A stretch of DNA of 64,000 nucleotides from Lama glama (Eukaryota): NCBI GenBank assembly GCA_028534125.1, contig CM052818.1, forward strand, positions 46,316,001 through 46,380,000, in the 5' to 3' direction. Position 1 is the stretch's first letter, and every line of letters starts with the position of its first letter. The notes under the pieces are model-generated. The model worked only from the letters and a program-made list of their open reading frames with translations, was not told where the DNA came from and did no database searches. Position numbers and translations under genes: made by a program. Positions 25,661-39,450 of this stretch are shown piece by piece.

Positions 25661-26964
25661 ACATCATGATCAAGTGGGGTTCATCTCAGGGACACAAGGG
25701 TGGTTCAACATTCGCAAATCAATCAATGTAATACATCACATCAACAAGAGAAAGGACAAAAACCACATAATCATCTCAAAAGATGCAGAAAAAGCATTTG
25801 ATAAAATTCAACACCCATTTATGACAAAAATGCACCGAAGTGGGTACAGAGGGAACATATCTCAACATCATAAAAGCTGTATATGACAAACCTACAGCCA
25901 GCATAGTACTCAATGGTGAAAAACTGAAAAGCTTCCCACTAAAATCTGGGACAAGACAAGGCTGCCCACTCTCACCACTCCTATTCAACATAGTCTTGGA
26001 AGCCCTAGCCACAGCAACCAGGCAAGAGAGAGAACTAAAAGGGATCCAAATTGGAAAAGAAGAGGTAAAAGTGTCACTCTATGCAAATGACATGATACTA
26101 TATATAGAAAACCCTAAAAGGTCCACATAAAAACTACTAGAAATAATCGAAGAATTCAACAAGGTAGCAGGTTACAAGATTAACGTTCAAAAATCAGTTG
26201 CATTTCTTTACGCTAACAATGAATCAACAGAAAAAGAAAGAAACAATCCCCTTTAAAATAGCACCCAAAGTAATAAAATACCTAGGAATAAATCTAACCA
26301 AGGAGGTGAAAGACTTATACACGGAAAACTATAAAACACTGATTAAGGAAATTAAAGAAGACTTAAAAAAATGGAAAGNNNNNNNNNNNNNNNNNNNNNN
26401 NNNNNNNNNNNNNNNNNNNNNNNNNNNNNNNNNNNNNNNNNNNNNNNNNNNNNNNNNNNNNNNNNNNNNNNNNNNNNNATGCTCCTGGACTGAAGAATCT
26501 ATATTGTTAAAATGGTCACACTGCCCAAGGCAATCTACAGATTTAATGCAATCCCTATCAAATTACCCAGGACATATTTCACAGAACTAGAACAAATCAT
26601 AATCAAATTTATACGGAACCACAAAAGACCTGGAATTGCCAAAACATTACTGAAGAAAAAGAAAGAGGCTGGAGGAATAACTCTCCCAGACTTTAGACAA
26701 TACTATAGAGCTACAGTCATCAAGACAGCATGGTATTGGTACACAAACAGACATATGGACCAGTGGAACAGAATAGAGAGCCCAGAAATGAACCCACAAA
26801 CTTTTGGTCAACTAATCTTCAACAAAGGAGGCAAGAACACACACTGAAATAAAGACAGTCTCTTCAGCAAATGGTGTTGGGAAAACTGGACAGTAGCATG
26901 TAAAGCAATGAAGCTAGAACACTCCCTTACACCATACACAAAAATAAACTCAAAATGGATCAAA
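25661..26964 (+). mobile_element. Young L1 ORF2 internal fragment (RT domain), truncated at both ends
   Basis: [52 protein letters not shown] and [16 protein letters not shown]. It carries frameshifts and stops, and the catalytic (F/Y)ADD motif reads YAND. Confidence 0.97.
26379..26478. other. Assembly gap (100 N)
   Basis: Run of N inside L1 ORF2. Confidence 1.
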
Positions 26965-27238
26965 AAATGATACATGATCAAAAATAATTAAATCTACTTT
27001 AGGTTTCACACTTAGCTTTTTAGAACTTTATTCTGATAATTTTTTAACTTTGAAACTTTACTCCAACATACTGTTTTAACTTTCTTTTTAAACCATTAGC
27101 TTTTAAAATCTTAAAGGGAACAACACTCTGTTGCCATTTGATGATTACTCTGCTCTTGGTCCTGGAAATTTCTATCAAATGAGAGGAAAAGATTAAATTT
27201 CCCTAAATCAACTAAAAAAATTTAAAAAGAAGTATTAC

Positions 27239-27710
27239 TCCTGTGTTTGGTGCCAGGCACAATTCTGGGTGCTGGGGATGCATCACTAAAGAGAGTCAAA
27301 AACCTCAGCCCCCCATGAAGCTTATGGTCTAATGGAGAGAGGAGGGAATCAGAAAATGAATTAAAAGTATAACAAGTAAGTAAACTATGTACTAGGTTAG
27401 GAGGTGAGCTGTGGGGGAAGAGAGAGGCCAGGGAGCTGGTAAGATGGGGATCAGTGTCAGACTCTTGAGGAGGTGACATTTATAAGAGGTAAGGGATGAG
27501 CCGTGTGGATTACCAGGGAGGAGAGAAGGTTTTGGACAGAAAGAATGGCCTGAGCAAAGGTTCCGAAGTAGAAGCCCCCCCACCCCGTGCCTGCAAAGCA
27601 GCCAGGAGGCAGCGTGGCCACAGCAGAGCAGGGCAGCGGAACTGGGTGACAGAAGACAACGTAGGGTCCCTGAGGGACTTTCACTCCAAGAGCAATGAGG
27701 GCGATGCTGA
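27239..27710 (-). mobile_element. L2 LINE 3' region (its terminal piece lies at about 25636-25660)
   Basis: gtgccaggcacaattctgggtgctggggatgca...ccccatgaagcttatggtctaatgg...gaggaggtgacatttataag. Confidence 0.8.
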
Positions 27711-28969
27711 CAGAGCACCAACAACATTAACTCCTTCAGCAAATAACGACCAGTTACCAGCATTCACTTGGCAGGTGGCAGGCCTGTGTCGTGACTCAAA
27801 CCCAAGTCTGCGTAAAGCCCAGGCTGTTGTCACCACACCAGGTGCCCCTTAAAACGGGGGCTCAAAATTGGACATGACTTCACCCACATCCCAGAGCAAG
27901 AGTCAGTGAGGGAGAGGAGATCACAGAGTACGACGCAGAACCTGAAAGCCCAGCCAGGAGCTGGAGGGAGAATGTCACCCGCCTCCAGAGGTGACAGGTC
28001 CTGGCTGGAGGCATGGGAAGGGCAGAGTCACACCTGAAAATCCTTCTGGCAGACAGAAATGCCACCCACCTACTCTGCTGGTGGAAGAGGAATTCCTCTT
28101 GCCAGGCTGGTGTACAAAGAAAAAGGAAGGAAGTGGCTCAGGGAAAGTGACACACAACCACGGACCAACCCGAGCGTGGGCAGTGATCTCCCCGCTGGAA
28201 ACGGTCAGGTTTTCATGTCGTCAGGAGGCAAGAAGCTGACCTGCCCCCTGCCACCTGGAACAAGTCGAGGGCCTCGCTCACACGTAGCTCCCGGGCCCCA
28301 CACAGCCCCGTGGCTCTGTGCTGGTCACAGAGACAGCCAGGCTCGGCGCCTGGGCGTTGCTCCGGCCACAGAGATCGCCACTTCCTTCGCCACCGTTCTC
28401 ATCAAAACTCTCACAGATCCCGTCTGATCTAACTGAAGGAGCTTTTCCAGTGATCATGAAATCCAGATGTCTTCCTGGCAACCTTCCCTCAAATAGGAGG
28501 AAAACCTACTCTCCTTTCCCGTACCTGCAGGCTTTTGTTCCCAGCCCAGACGCAAGACAAGAAACATCCTCTTCACCAAGTAGCTCAGGAGATATGGGGA
28601 CTATATTTAGCACCTTGGTTCTTGGCAGAATCCAGGTCCATGTGCAGAAGCTGCTCTCCATCCCTGTCACCCCTCCCCTTCATGAGGCTGAGTCTACCCA
28701 GAGAAAGCTTCTCGAAATCTGGTTGTAGAACTGCCCTCTGGGGAACCAGTCCCAGCACAGCTTCTGTTGCTGGTTCCAGAGACGTCACAGGCCCTGGGCT
28801 CAGCCCACAGCTACTGTAAAACTCCTGTGTGATAAACCCAGACGTTGGGTCGGGGCTGACCCAGCACATCCCTACCATATCACCATCTCTGGTCTGCTGG
28901 ATCCCCTACAAGACCCTAAGCAAGCAAGCCTGTTTGCTCTTGCAGGATGCTATGAGTGACTTGGCGTTG

Positions 28970-29145
28970 CCATAGCAACTGCCTCTGTATCCTACCGCAT
29001 TTATCAAACCATATTGTGATTGTCTGTTTACGCATCTGTTTACACTGGGAAACTGTGAACTCCTAGAAATCCAGGACACTCTTTACTCACATTAGTGAAC
29101 ACCCGGTGCCTGAACAGGACAGGCAATCCTTCAATGAATGATATG
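28970..29145 (+). mobile_element. L2 LINE 3' end
   Basis: attgtctgtttacgcatctg...aactgtgaactcctaga...cggtgcctgaaca...tcaatgaatga. Confidence 0.6.
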
Positions 29146-32100
29146 GAACAAGCAAACACCATAACCTCCCCTTCCAGAAATCATTAAGCTACTCCCAACC
29201 AATGCCTCCCTCTTCTCTTACAGCAAGGCTAGGACCCCTCTTCACTCCACACACACTCACTTCTACCCCAGCCCACAAAGAGCCCCAATACCGCCCTATC
29301 CCCAATCTACAGGTGACCACAGTGGGCCCAGCCCTGGAGGGCTCCATGTAACCCACCTCCCCATCTTAGGCTCAGAGACCTTGTCCCCATCCTAGAATGC
29401 TCTCTCACCTTCTGCTATTATTTATTCTGTCATTTACTCAACAAATATCCCAGAGGGGCCTTTGTGCATCAGGCCTTGCTCTAGGCTACCTAACGCCTGA
29501 TTATGCTTCCAGACCCAGGAAAGGTTCAGGCTCCTGCAGGAACCACACCAGCCACACTGGCTTTCCCACCAGGCCAGGGGCTCACCCAGGAGGGCAGTCA
29601 CACCTACCTACGTGCAGCTATCCCCAGTGCCCAGTTCAGTAAGGGCGGGACACGCTGTACTCAGGTTGGTTAATCACCAGATGGGAGTCTCCTCTAGCAA
29701 GGCCTCAGGGAGTGCAAAAGGTGAAGACAACAGCACAACAGTAGTAGGGCTAACACTCACCCCTGTCGTGGCCACTAAGTGAAGTATGGCCCACTGCCAA
29801 GGTCCTCAGAACAAGAGCAAAGCATGGTAACACCCACCACCAAGGCTTAGCGGGTTCCCTCCAGCACATGCTGCCTACCCCTCCCCAACTCGACCAGCTC
29901 AGCTGATGGAACACTTCTATCTTGGAATCTCCTGGATCCTTTGTCCCTGAATGAGATGTAATGATCCAGGGGGAAAAGAAGGACTCAATTTTGAAAAGGA
30001 AAAGATAGCTTTCTTCCCAAACTGCTCCCTTGTCTCAATCTCCCTAAACCTGTACAAAAAATCCTCTCCTCTGCTGAGTCACCTCCCTGTCCTGACTATC
30101 GATCCTCGATCAGGGCCTTATGTGGGGAGAAGACAGTCAAGGCCTTCAGCAGAGAGCCAGGCAGGACTCGCCCCAGAATAGCTACGTCATCTAACCTTGG
30201 TGCTGGACCTTCGAGAGTGGCTTTGGAGCTGCTGGAAGTGTCACAAAAATTCAGCATGAATTAAACTTTGGTGACGATAAAACAAAAATTTCAGTTATAT
30301 AACACTATTTGGAAAGAGTATCATTCATAATCTCTTTGTCAACTGAGCAGCATAAATTTACATACATTAGGTATCAATAGAAATAATTTGCATTTGGGTG
30401 TGCCAGCTCATACACACATTCTGTTGTCCCTGGGGAGTCTGAGAAATTCAATGTTCAAATGGCACCATCGTTTTCGCCTGTCTGTGTGACAGCCAGATGG
30501 AAAGAGACCATTCATTCATCAATCACGGATCAACCCTACTCAGGAGGAAGGGTACCACTTACTTTGTCAAGCATAACAAAAATACACCATTTATAAGCCC
30601 CCCAAGGGGCTCAATTCTTCTGCAGCCACCCAACTGACCTTCCCCAAAGACAGAGATCTTATCAAAACACAGCAACCAAAAGGAATGAGAAAATTATGAA
30701 AATATAGAGTATGATTATAGACCCAGAGACTGGGTACCACTGAACTACCACCTAAAACCCCTCTCTCTTCTCAAGGATAACCAAGTGAGTGGGCAGCATA
30801 TAAAAAAAGAAATATGCAATGTAACAAGAATACTCACTCTGGCACATGATAGAAACATATTTTTAACACTGAAGGAAGTGCTTCTCTCAAAAGATACTTC
30901 GTTGCAATGATAAATAATTTAAGACGGACAACACGGCCAAAGAGCACCTCACATTGAAGACATGAGTTATGCCTCATACTACAACTCGGCTCTCAAACCT
31001 CACATTTAAAGATCCCCCTCATAGTGCTTAAGTTATAATTACACCTACACTCAGTGTTGTCTGGGCTTTCCTCTCCGATCCTGCTGCTATTATCTGGTGA
31101 TTATGAATAAACAGTACCTTTTCCCAGAACAGCTAATACCACTAGTATTAATAGTAATGGGTACCATTAACACTCTTCTGATGTGATGTGCAAATATCTC
31201 TAAATTACCTGTCCTCTATAATCATTTCTGAAGACAGTAACACATGGCAAATAATGCACGTACAACATTCTGAATCCCTTTTAAAATAAAGAGATTGGAC
31301 AAAGCAGCTTCTAAGCATATAGAATCCGTGCATAAGCACATACGCTCATAATTACTATACTCACACTTTTTTAAAAAAACTCGATAAAATGACGACTGAG
31401 CATCTCCCAGGTACTCAGATGGCTTTGGGTAACAGAAAGATCCCTCACTGATAAGAGTCTGGTTCAAGTCTCAGGGCTACCTCGGACTAAATACCTTCTT
31501 TTATGAAGCCATGAAACCTCTGGGAGGCTGTTTCCCTCAGCTGTAAAATGGGCATAAAACCTGTCCCGCTCAAACAGTGTTTTGAAAATAGTCAAGTATA
31601 AACAAAAATACAAGCATATTATTTAAAAAAGAGCTCCAGCTCTCAGGAGTTTGCAACTTGGTTTCAGGAAATAAGAACACAAATGCAGGAAGCAGGTCCA
31701 TGGCAGCGATGGCGCCCCTGCTCTGAGAGTCATCACTAGCCGCTCCTGGAGGAAGGCCTCGAGGTCGGGCACTGCAGGACACAGGGTACAGAACACGAAC
31801 TTCCCCTTCATACTACCCCCCATAACAAAGAGCTGAAGGGTACAGCAGGGGCCAGGCACCCTAAAGCTGCAGGAGATGCAGCTGATGGAGGCTACTAGTG
31901 AGAAACGGAAACTCCCGGGGCGCAGGAAGGCTGGAGAAGAAGCTAGAAGTTAAGGAGGGAGGAAGTCCTCCGCCATGCGGCAGCCCCCAGCACATGACTG
32001 TCTCCCCAGGGAGCAGAGTCCTGCTTCAGTCTGCACACCAACTCCCCCCACCCCCAGGCTAGGCCCCGCTGACAATCGCCCACCCTGCACACCTCCCAGG

Positions 32101-34913
32101 TGCACACTAAGCCCTCCACCAGGCCAGGCAGGAGAAGAGGCTGGTCCTCGACCACACCCACCAGGCTGCAATCTCTTTCTGGACCACCAGGCAGTTCCCA
32201 GCTCTGGGGAGAGCCCACGCTGGTGACGCCAGGCAAGGGAAGAGCACAGTTTCTGGACGGCTGACATTACAGCAGGTGGGCAGCAGCTTTCTTTGTTCTT
32301 TTCCAGGTTCCCTGGCATCTAGCTCCCAAGTCCTCCTTCCGACTCAGATGTATCTCTGTGGCCAACAGCCCAGTCAGAAGAGGGAAAGGAGGAAGAAGAA
32401 GTGATCCAGGATGAGCCCTCCTGAGACCTTCTGGCAGCGGCCGGAGTTCAGAACAGGGCAACTTGAGCGCTGCTCACTTCCCCTCTGCCTCCACCGCTGA
32501 AGCAATGCAGCAGGCGGGCCGGATGGTGCTTGGAAGTCAGTGATGGATACTGTCAGACCAAGAAAGAGATTTTCCTTTTTCAACGAATAATGTGACAATC
32601 TTGATTTTGCAAGTCAAAACAAATTTATCTGTAAACATACAGAAAGCCCTTTGATGGGAAAGATATAAAATCACAAAAACAAAATGGTGACCCAGACCTT
32701 CACATTCAGCAGACATTCTCTGAGAACCATGTGCGGGGAAGCATGCTGGGCGCTATGGAGTGAAAGAAAGTAATCCTTAGTCTGGCATGAGGGTCCAATA
32801 TGAAAACTAACTGCAAACAGGGGTCACTCTGGATTTTGAAGCTCCCTCACCCCAAAAAGGAAATGTGAAAATACTTGGAGATCAGAGAGTAAACCTCACG
32901 GCTAACCCTCCCCCTCCTCACACTCCTTAACAGCAGCCGCCTGAGAGCCAAGGGTGGTCCTCATGTAAGTCTGCATGTTCCAGAAACAGATCCCTGCATC
33001 ACTGTGCCATGGCCCAAGCCCCATCCTGAAGGAGGGACTAAACATCTCCTCTGGGACAACACCAACGGGAGGAGTTGTTCCACATACTTTAACTTCCTCA
33101 CTAACTAAAACTCACCAAAATTACACCCCAAAACTCAAAACGATTTTCACGCAAACTCTTCTCCCCCAATCCCAGCAGAAAGCACTGATTCCAGCTCTTC
33201 TTAAACACACTCTGCTGTCCGCGGAGGGACCCTCAGGGCTTCCCGGAGCAGGGCTGGCCCCACACTTCTGAGCACAGCCAGTTCTCTTCTCCTCCCTTTC
33301 CCTGGCCTCAGCTGTTGAGCACTGGTCCTGGCTATTTCCATTTCACTCCATGCTCTTTTCTAGAATCCTGAGGAGGACCCTGATCTACAGAGAAACAAGA
33401 CGGGCTTTATAGCAGCTACTTTACCCTTAACAGGATTTTGTTTGTTTACCTCCAGGTTCTAATGCATGCCCTACCACCTTAACTATTCAACCTAATAGTA
33501 CATTTTTCTTTGGAAAAACTGTAACAAATTTCTGAAACACTCACTTGCTGACTGACACTGCTACTCCCTAATTCAAACTACTATCAAAACCCTACCCCAG
33601 CTCCCGGCGTATCAGGGGCAAGGAAAAAAGCCCTGACTGTGATGTATCAGGCCTCGCTGGCTTTGTGCACATATGCTCAGGGATCCAAGAAGGTTCATAA
33701 ATTAAAAGAGCAAACAGAACAGAGGCCCTTAAGAGACTTCACATTAGCTATGACTAAAGCATAAGATCAATCAAACCTCTTTTACTTTGCTCTGACCATA
33801 AAGAAGAGAGCTGTGCACTTCAAAAATTAAGCTCCTTCCACACTGTTTCAGAAGATAATAAATCATTTTTAAAGGACAGAACAACAAACCCAGTTCTGGA
33901 AAACCGAGGGGAGGTAGTGTGGTTGGAAAGGAGGCCAACTTTAAATGTCATCACCAAAGCAGCAGCTTACCAAGGAGGAAAGCCTTAGCCTGAAATTTCA
34001 AATTAAAGCTTCCCTCCAGATTCCCGTCTGCTTGGAACATTCTCCTTTAAAAAGAAAGTACAGAGCCCTGAGGGTCTGAAATAAACCAAGGGAGTTAAGG
34101 TAAGAGAACGCAGAGGCAAAAAGAGGAGGTGAGAATTTTAAGCTTTGGACACCGCCTAGCCCTGGTCCCCAAGGGAGAGAAACAGGAGTGCGGGGGAGGG
34201 AAGTGAAGGGAGATGAGAAGGTGCAGAGCCATCCTGCCTCCCTCACGATTTTCCCTGAGCGCCATCCCCGCTGGCAAACCATCCAGCAGTACCTCCCCCG
34301 AATCAGAAGCCTGCGACCTGGCAAGCCACAACCAAGGCAAATGAAAGCTACATGTTCTGACAGCCCAGCAGTCCGAGGAGTAAACACACCTCACTCATAT
34401 TTGCCAAAAAAGAAAAACCAACAAGAGAATGTACAAGGTGAAAAGAAAACCAGGAATCTCCACAATTGTGCTTTGTCATGAAGTGAGGAGTCTCCACAGT
34501 GAACAAATCACAGTGATGCTTCTAGAGAAAAGCAATCAAAAAGCCATGCTAACCAGAGAAAACAGCGGGTTGTTCCGAGCTGGCTGCTGCAGAGACACAC
34601 GAGGCCCAGCACGTGGACTGTAAACCTCCCAGGTACAGTCCAGCACCCCGGCTGAGTGAGGCAGGTATCTCAGACCCAGTTACGGATGCAAGTGACATTT
34701 CCACTAACGTACTTTGCAACCAGAGACCCAGCAGGCAAGTCTTCCACTTTTCTCAGTATATTCACAGCCCAAATGAGAATAAACAAATTAAACATAAGCA
34801 TTTAGGCTGTGTATACAAACTGTTTTCTTAACACCAAGGTCAGTCATTCATGAAGTTATTAAGCCCCTATTCTGGGCAACCCACTGGACATTTAAAGATG
34901 ATTAATAACCAAT

Positions 34914-36932
34914 CCAGCAATGAGGCAATGAAAAGAAAGAAAAAGCATTCAGACTGTTAAAGAAGAAATAAAACTGTCACTATTTGAAGATGACATGACC
35001 TTGAATATAGAAAATCCTAACACACACACACCTATTACAGCTAATAAACAAGTTCACTAAGATTGCAGGATTTAAGATCAATACACAAAAATTAACTGTA
35101 TTTCTATATACTAGCAATGAATAATCTAGAAACGAAATTAAGAAAATAGTTCCATTTATAATAGCATCAAGAAGAATAAAATACTAAGGAATAAATTTAA
35201 CAAAAGAAGCACAAAATTTGAACACTGAAAACTACAAAATATCTTGAAAGAAATTAAAGACCTAAATAAGGGTCATCGATCAGAAGATGTTAAGATGAAC
35301 CGTTAAGGTGTCTGCAGTCCCCAAGTTGATCCACAGACTCAGTGCAATCCCGCACCAAAATCCCAGCTAGGTTTTTCTGCAGTAATTGACAAGTTGATCC
35401 AAAAATTCATATGGTAATACAAGGGACTCTGAATAGCCAAAGTAATTTTGGAAAAGAAAGCAAAGTTGGAGGATTCACACTTCCTGATTTCAAAAATTAC
35501 CGTCAGCCTACAGTAATCAAGACTGTGTGGCACTGGCATAAGGATAAAGATCAATAGAACACAATTGATTGCAGAAATAAACCCATATATCAAATATCAA
35601 CTGATTTCTGAAAAGGATGCCAAGAGTAGTCAGTGGGGAAAGAACAGCCGTTTCATCAAATGGTATTGGGACAATTAGATATTCATGTGGGAAAGAATGA
35701 AGGTGGAATTCCACCTCGTATCATATCCCTACCTACAAGACCAACTCAAAATGGATCAAGGACCTCAATGCAAGGGCTAACACTGTAAAACTCCTAAAAG
35801 ATTATACAGGTGTCTACCTCTGTGACCTTATATTAGGCAATAGTTTCTTAGGTACAAAAACAGAAGTATAGGCAACCAAATGAAAAACAGATATTCTGGA
35901 CTTCATCAAATCAAAATTTCTGTGCTTCAAAGGACACTACTGAGTGGGTGAAAATGAGAGAAAATATTTGCAAATCATGTATTTGTTGAGTCTAGTTTCT
36001 AGAATATTAAAAAAAACTGTTACAATTTAAAAATAAAAAGACAATAATCCAATTTAAAAATGGGCAAAGGATTTAAATAGGTATTTCTGCAAAGAAGATA
36101 CACAATGGTCATAGGCATGTGAAACTGCTCAATATCACTAGTCATCAATCAAGGAAATGCAGATCAGGTCCAGGAGAGACCACTGCGCCCCCACTGGGAT
36201 GGCCATAATCACAAAGACAGACATTAACAAGTGCTGACCAGGATGTGAAGAAAACGGAAACCTATACATTGCTGCTGGGGATGTAAAGTTGTGCAGGCTC
36301 TTTGGACAATAGCCTGACAGTTCCTCAAAAAGTTCAACAGAGTTACCACATACCCCAGCCATTCCACTCCTAGATACACGCCCAAGAAAACTGAAAACAT
36401 ACGTCCACCCAAAAACTCATACAAGAATATTCACAGCAGCATTATTCATAATAGTCAACAGGTGGAAACGACTCAGGTCAACTGGTGAATAAACAGAATG
36501 TCATATGTATACATACAATGAAATATTATTCAGTCAGAAAGAGGAATGAAGTACAGATCCATGTCACAACTTGGATGAGCCTTGAAAATATGCTCCTAAG
36601 TGAAAGAAGACAGACACCAAGGCCACGTATTGTGTGATCCCATTACATGAATTCCATTACATGAGATGTTCACAACAGGCGAATCTAAAGAGGCAGACAG
36701 TAGACCAGTGGTTGTCAAGGACTGAGGGAGTGGGGAGTGGGGAATGGGGAGTGACTGCTAATGGGTATGGGGTTTTGTTTTATTTTATTTTTTTAGGATG
36801 ATGAAAATGTTCTGGAATTGGATACAGGCAATCACTGAACAATTTTGTGAATATATTTTTTAAGAATCACAAATTAGACACCTTAAAAGGGTGGATTTTA
36901 TGGTATGTGAATTGTATCTCAATTTTTAAAAA
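34914..36932 (+). mobile_element. L1MB-type LINE, about 2 kb 3' portion
   Basis: Continuous decayed ORF2 (ctatttgaagatgacatgacc, ggaggattcacacttcctgatttcaaaa) through the 3' UTR (gagtgactgctaatgggtatgggg...ggtatgtgaattgtatctcaat). Confidence 0.93.
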
Positions 36933-38549
36933 GCAACAACAAAAACAGGTACCTTAGGAAGCCACAGAAAAGCTTTAACAAAAATCAACTTAATTAATTC
37001 AGAACCTAGACTTTTTTTCAGGACTACAAACTAACCATTCTTTGCTGATTTTTATTCCCACCATTCATTCTAGAGTCTTTCCAAACCCAATATATGTGAT
37101 ACAAAGAACCACGAGGTTTTCAGGCTGGAGAAGGTAGTCGGAGGTCAACTAGTCCGAACACCTCATTTTAGAGACCAGTCAGGGCAGTGACTGGCTGAGA
37201 TCACAGAGCGTGGTGGAGGCCACAGGAGAACGAGAATCAGCTCTTCTAACTCCTTGGCTAGTGCTCCCCACCCCACCATGTGAACACAACCAAACCCGCA
37301 GGGCTTCGTAATAGCATATCCTCTGACAGGGAAATACTGGCTCCCCCAGCCAAAGCCAAGGGAAACACTATTGGAACCTTGATATCAGAAAATCAGTACT
37401 CAACTCAAAGCTTACCAGTTCAAATTATTTAATGATCACAAAACCCTGGGATCATTAATACAATCTGCTTTTCACCAGAGAAGCAAGGAGCAACAGAGCT
37501 GTAATCAAGAGACCAAAGCACATAGCAGAGACTGGAAAAACTGCTTCAAGGTGAGTCCAGTGGGAAACTACAGCGCCCACTTGTTTAAAATGCAAACTAA
37601 GTGATGTGCCCAATGCAAGTCCAGCTCATGGGCCAACCACTGTATCAACTACAGTGATATCTTGGGGAAGGAAATCTTTAAAAGAGGGGAATGGAGGAGG
37701 GAAAAGGTTATTTTCACCTCTAACCTCTTGAAAAGTATGAGTATGAGTAGCCAAGAGAATGAGAAAGTGGAGATGGTCAGAAAAAGTAAAGGGTGAACTG
37801 TGTTGCACACAGTTGCAGACACAGACTGTTCAAAAACATCTCACCCAACCCTCCACTTTACAAGGGAGGCCACTGAGGCTGGACCAGTGAAACCAGCTGC
37901 GCAAGATCCAACACCTGGCTAGTTAGCAGGTCAGGGCTTATCAGGGGAATAAACACAGTACAAGGACTTAACGTTCTCCCTTCTCCCCAGAATCTCCCCA
38001 AAGTTCCCGAGCTGGCAGCAGGGCGCTGACACCTCATCCAAGTCTGCCCGGACACGCCACATCTGTGACTCGACCTTCAGTGGCCACTTCTCAAAACACA
38101 GATCCGCTGGTACCGAGGGAACACTGCACGGACCTGATCGCTGCCTACGTGGCCCTGGAGTCCTTTACAGGCCACTCTGACAGTGTCCTCAGTCCCTCAG
38201 CTCAGGGTGGGGGGGGGGGGCAGATGTGTCCTTTAACTCACTCCAAGGCAGTTAAGGCCACTTAACTAAGCACTTCCTCCAGGGTTAGAATCTGGCGACC
38301 CCTATCTGGGTGAGCTCATGATTTCTAAGTCACAACAATGGGGACTGGCCTGCAGAAGGTCAACAACTACCAATCTGCACTAAAGCAGTGCAGAGAAACA
38401 CCTAAAGAGGGTCTTCCCAGCAACAGAGATCCCAGCAGGCGGCCGTCAGGTGAGGCACCCAAGGACCAGCAAGAGCAACACCCCTAAGCACACACGCTAA
38501 CCTCATCGATGGCACGAGGCTCCATCCACTGCTCATTCGGGACGGGCTG

Positions 38550-38720
38550 GCTACCTGCCATCGTGTAACTTATCTAAGCCTTGGTTTCTTCAACTATAAA
38601 ATTGAGGTAACAGGACCTACCCTCCTTAGGACAGTTGAAAGGATTCAACAATCCAACCAATCAGTTTAAAACACAGCACCATCGTTAACACAGAATTAAG
38701 GCTCAAAGAAATATCAGCCA
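38550..38720 (+). mobile_element. MIR SINE
   Basis: taacttatctaagccttggtttcttcaactataaaattgaggtaacaggacctacctcc. Confidence 0.6.
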
Positions 38721-39269
38721 TTGGTGTAGTCAGTGTTTAAAAAAAAAAAACTAATAAATTGTGGTTTCTTCTGGGAAACTAGGGAAAGGAAGCCCCCAAA
38801 TCCGGACCACCTGCTGGAATCTGAAGGCAAGGGAATTCTTCATTACAGAGAACTGTCTTCATTAGCCACCCGATTTTATTGATGGCATCTGTGTATAAAA
38901 TCATATCGCAGAGCCACCTTCAGCATCGAGTGGAGGGATGACGTCATTAATAATCCTGTTAACAGGGCAGCCCTCCTGCCAGGGTGTGAGCGATGCCTGG
39001 GGCCGCTCAGCTCAGCAAGGCTGGGCATGTCAGCAGAACGTGCCACAGTACCAAGGCACAAGAGTAAGGAGGAACCATGCAGCTCCATGGACAGAGGAGG
39101 CAGAGAGGAAACAGAGCTTCAGCAAGGATTCCCCAGAAGCATCCACTCAAGAAATGCAATAGAGGCATGGTACTGAAACAGACAACAAGAGAGAGGGGGT
39201 GCGCTGGTCACAGAGGCATCAGCAGGCAGGGCCTTGTCCAGCCCGGGCTCTACAAAGGCAGCTCTTGTG

Positions 39270-39450
39270 TTAAAATGCTTGAGTTTGAATCCTGGCTCCA
39301 CCACTTCCTAGCTTTGTGATCTTGGTAAAATGGCTTAGGTTCTCTGGACCTTACAGGGGCTTTGTAACTATTAAACAAGTTAACAGTTAATAAGTGTAAA
39401 GAATTTAAAGCATGCCTGGCATACAGTAAGCGCCCAATAAATGCTAGAAA
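39270..39450 (+). mobile_element. MIR SINE
   Basis: gagtttgaatcctggctccaccacttcctagctttgtgatcttgg...gcctggcatacagtaagcgcccaataaatgctag. Confidence 0.75.

Noticed and set aside
25674..26847. Reverse-transcriptase ORFs as a possible functional or domesticated gene
   Set aside because: Fragmented by frameshifts and stops, truncated at both ends, with the catalytic motif reading YAND. This is a dead L1 copy.
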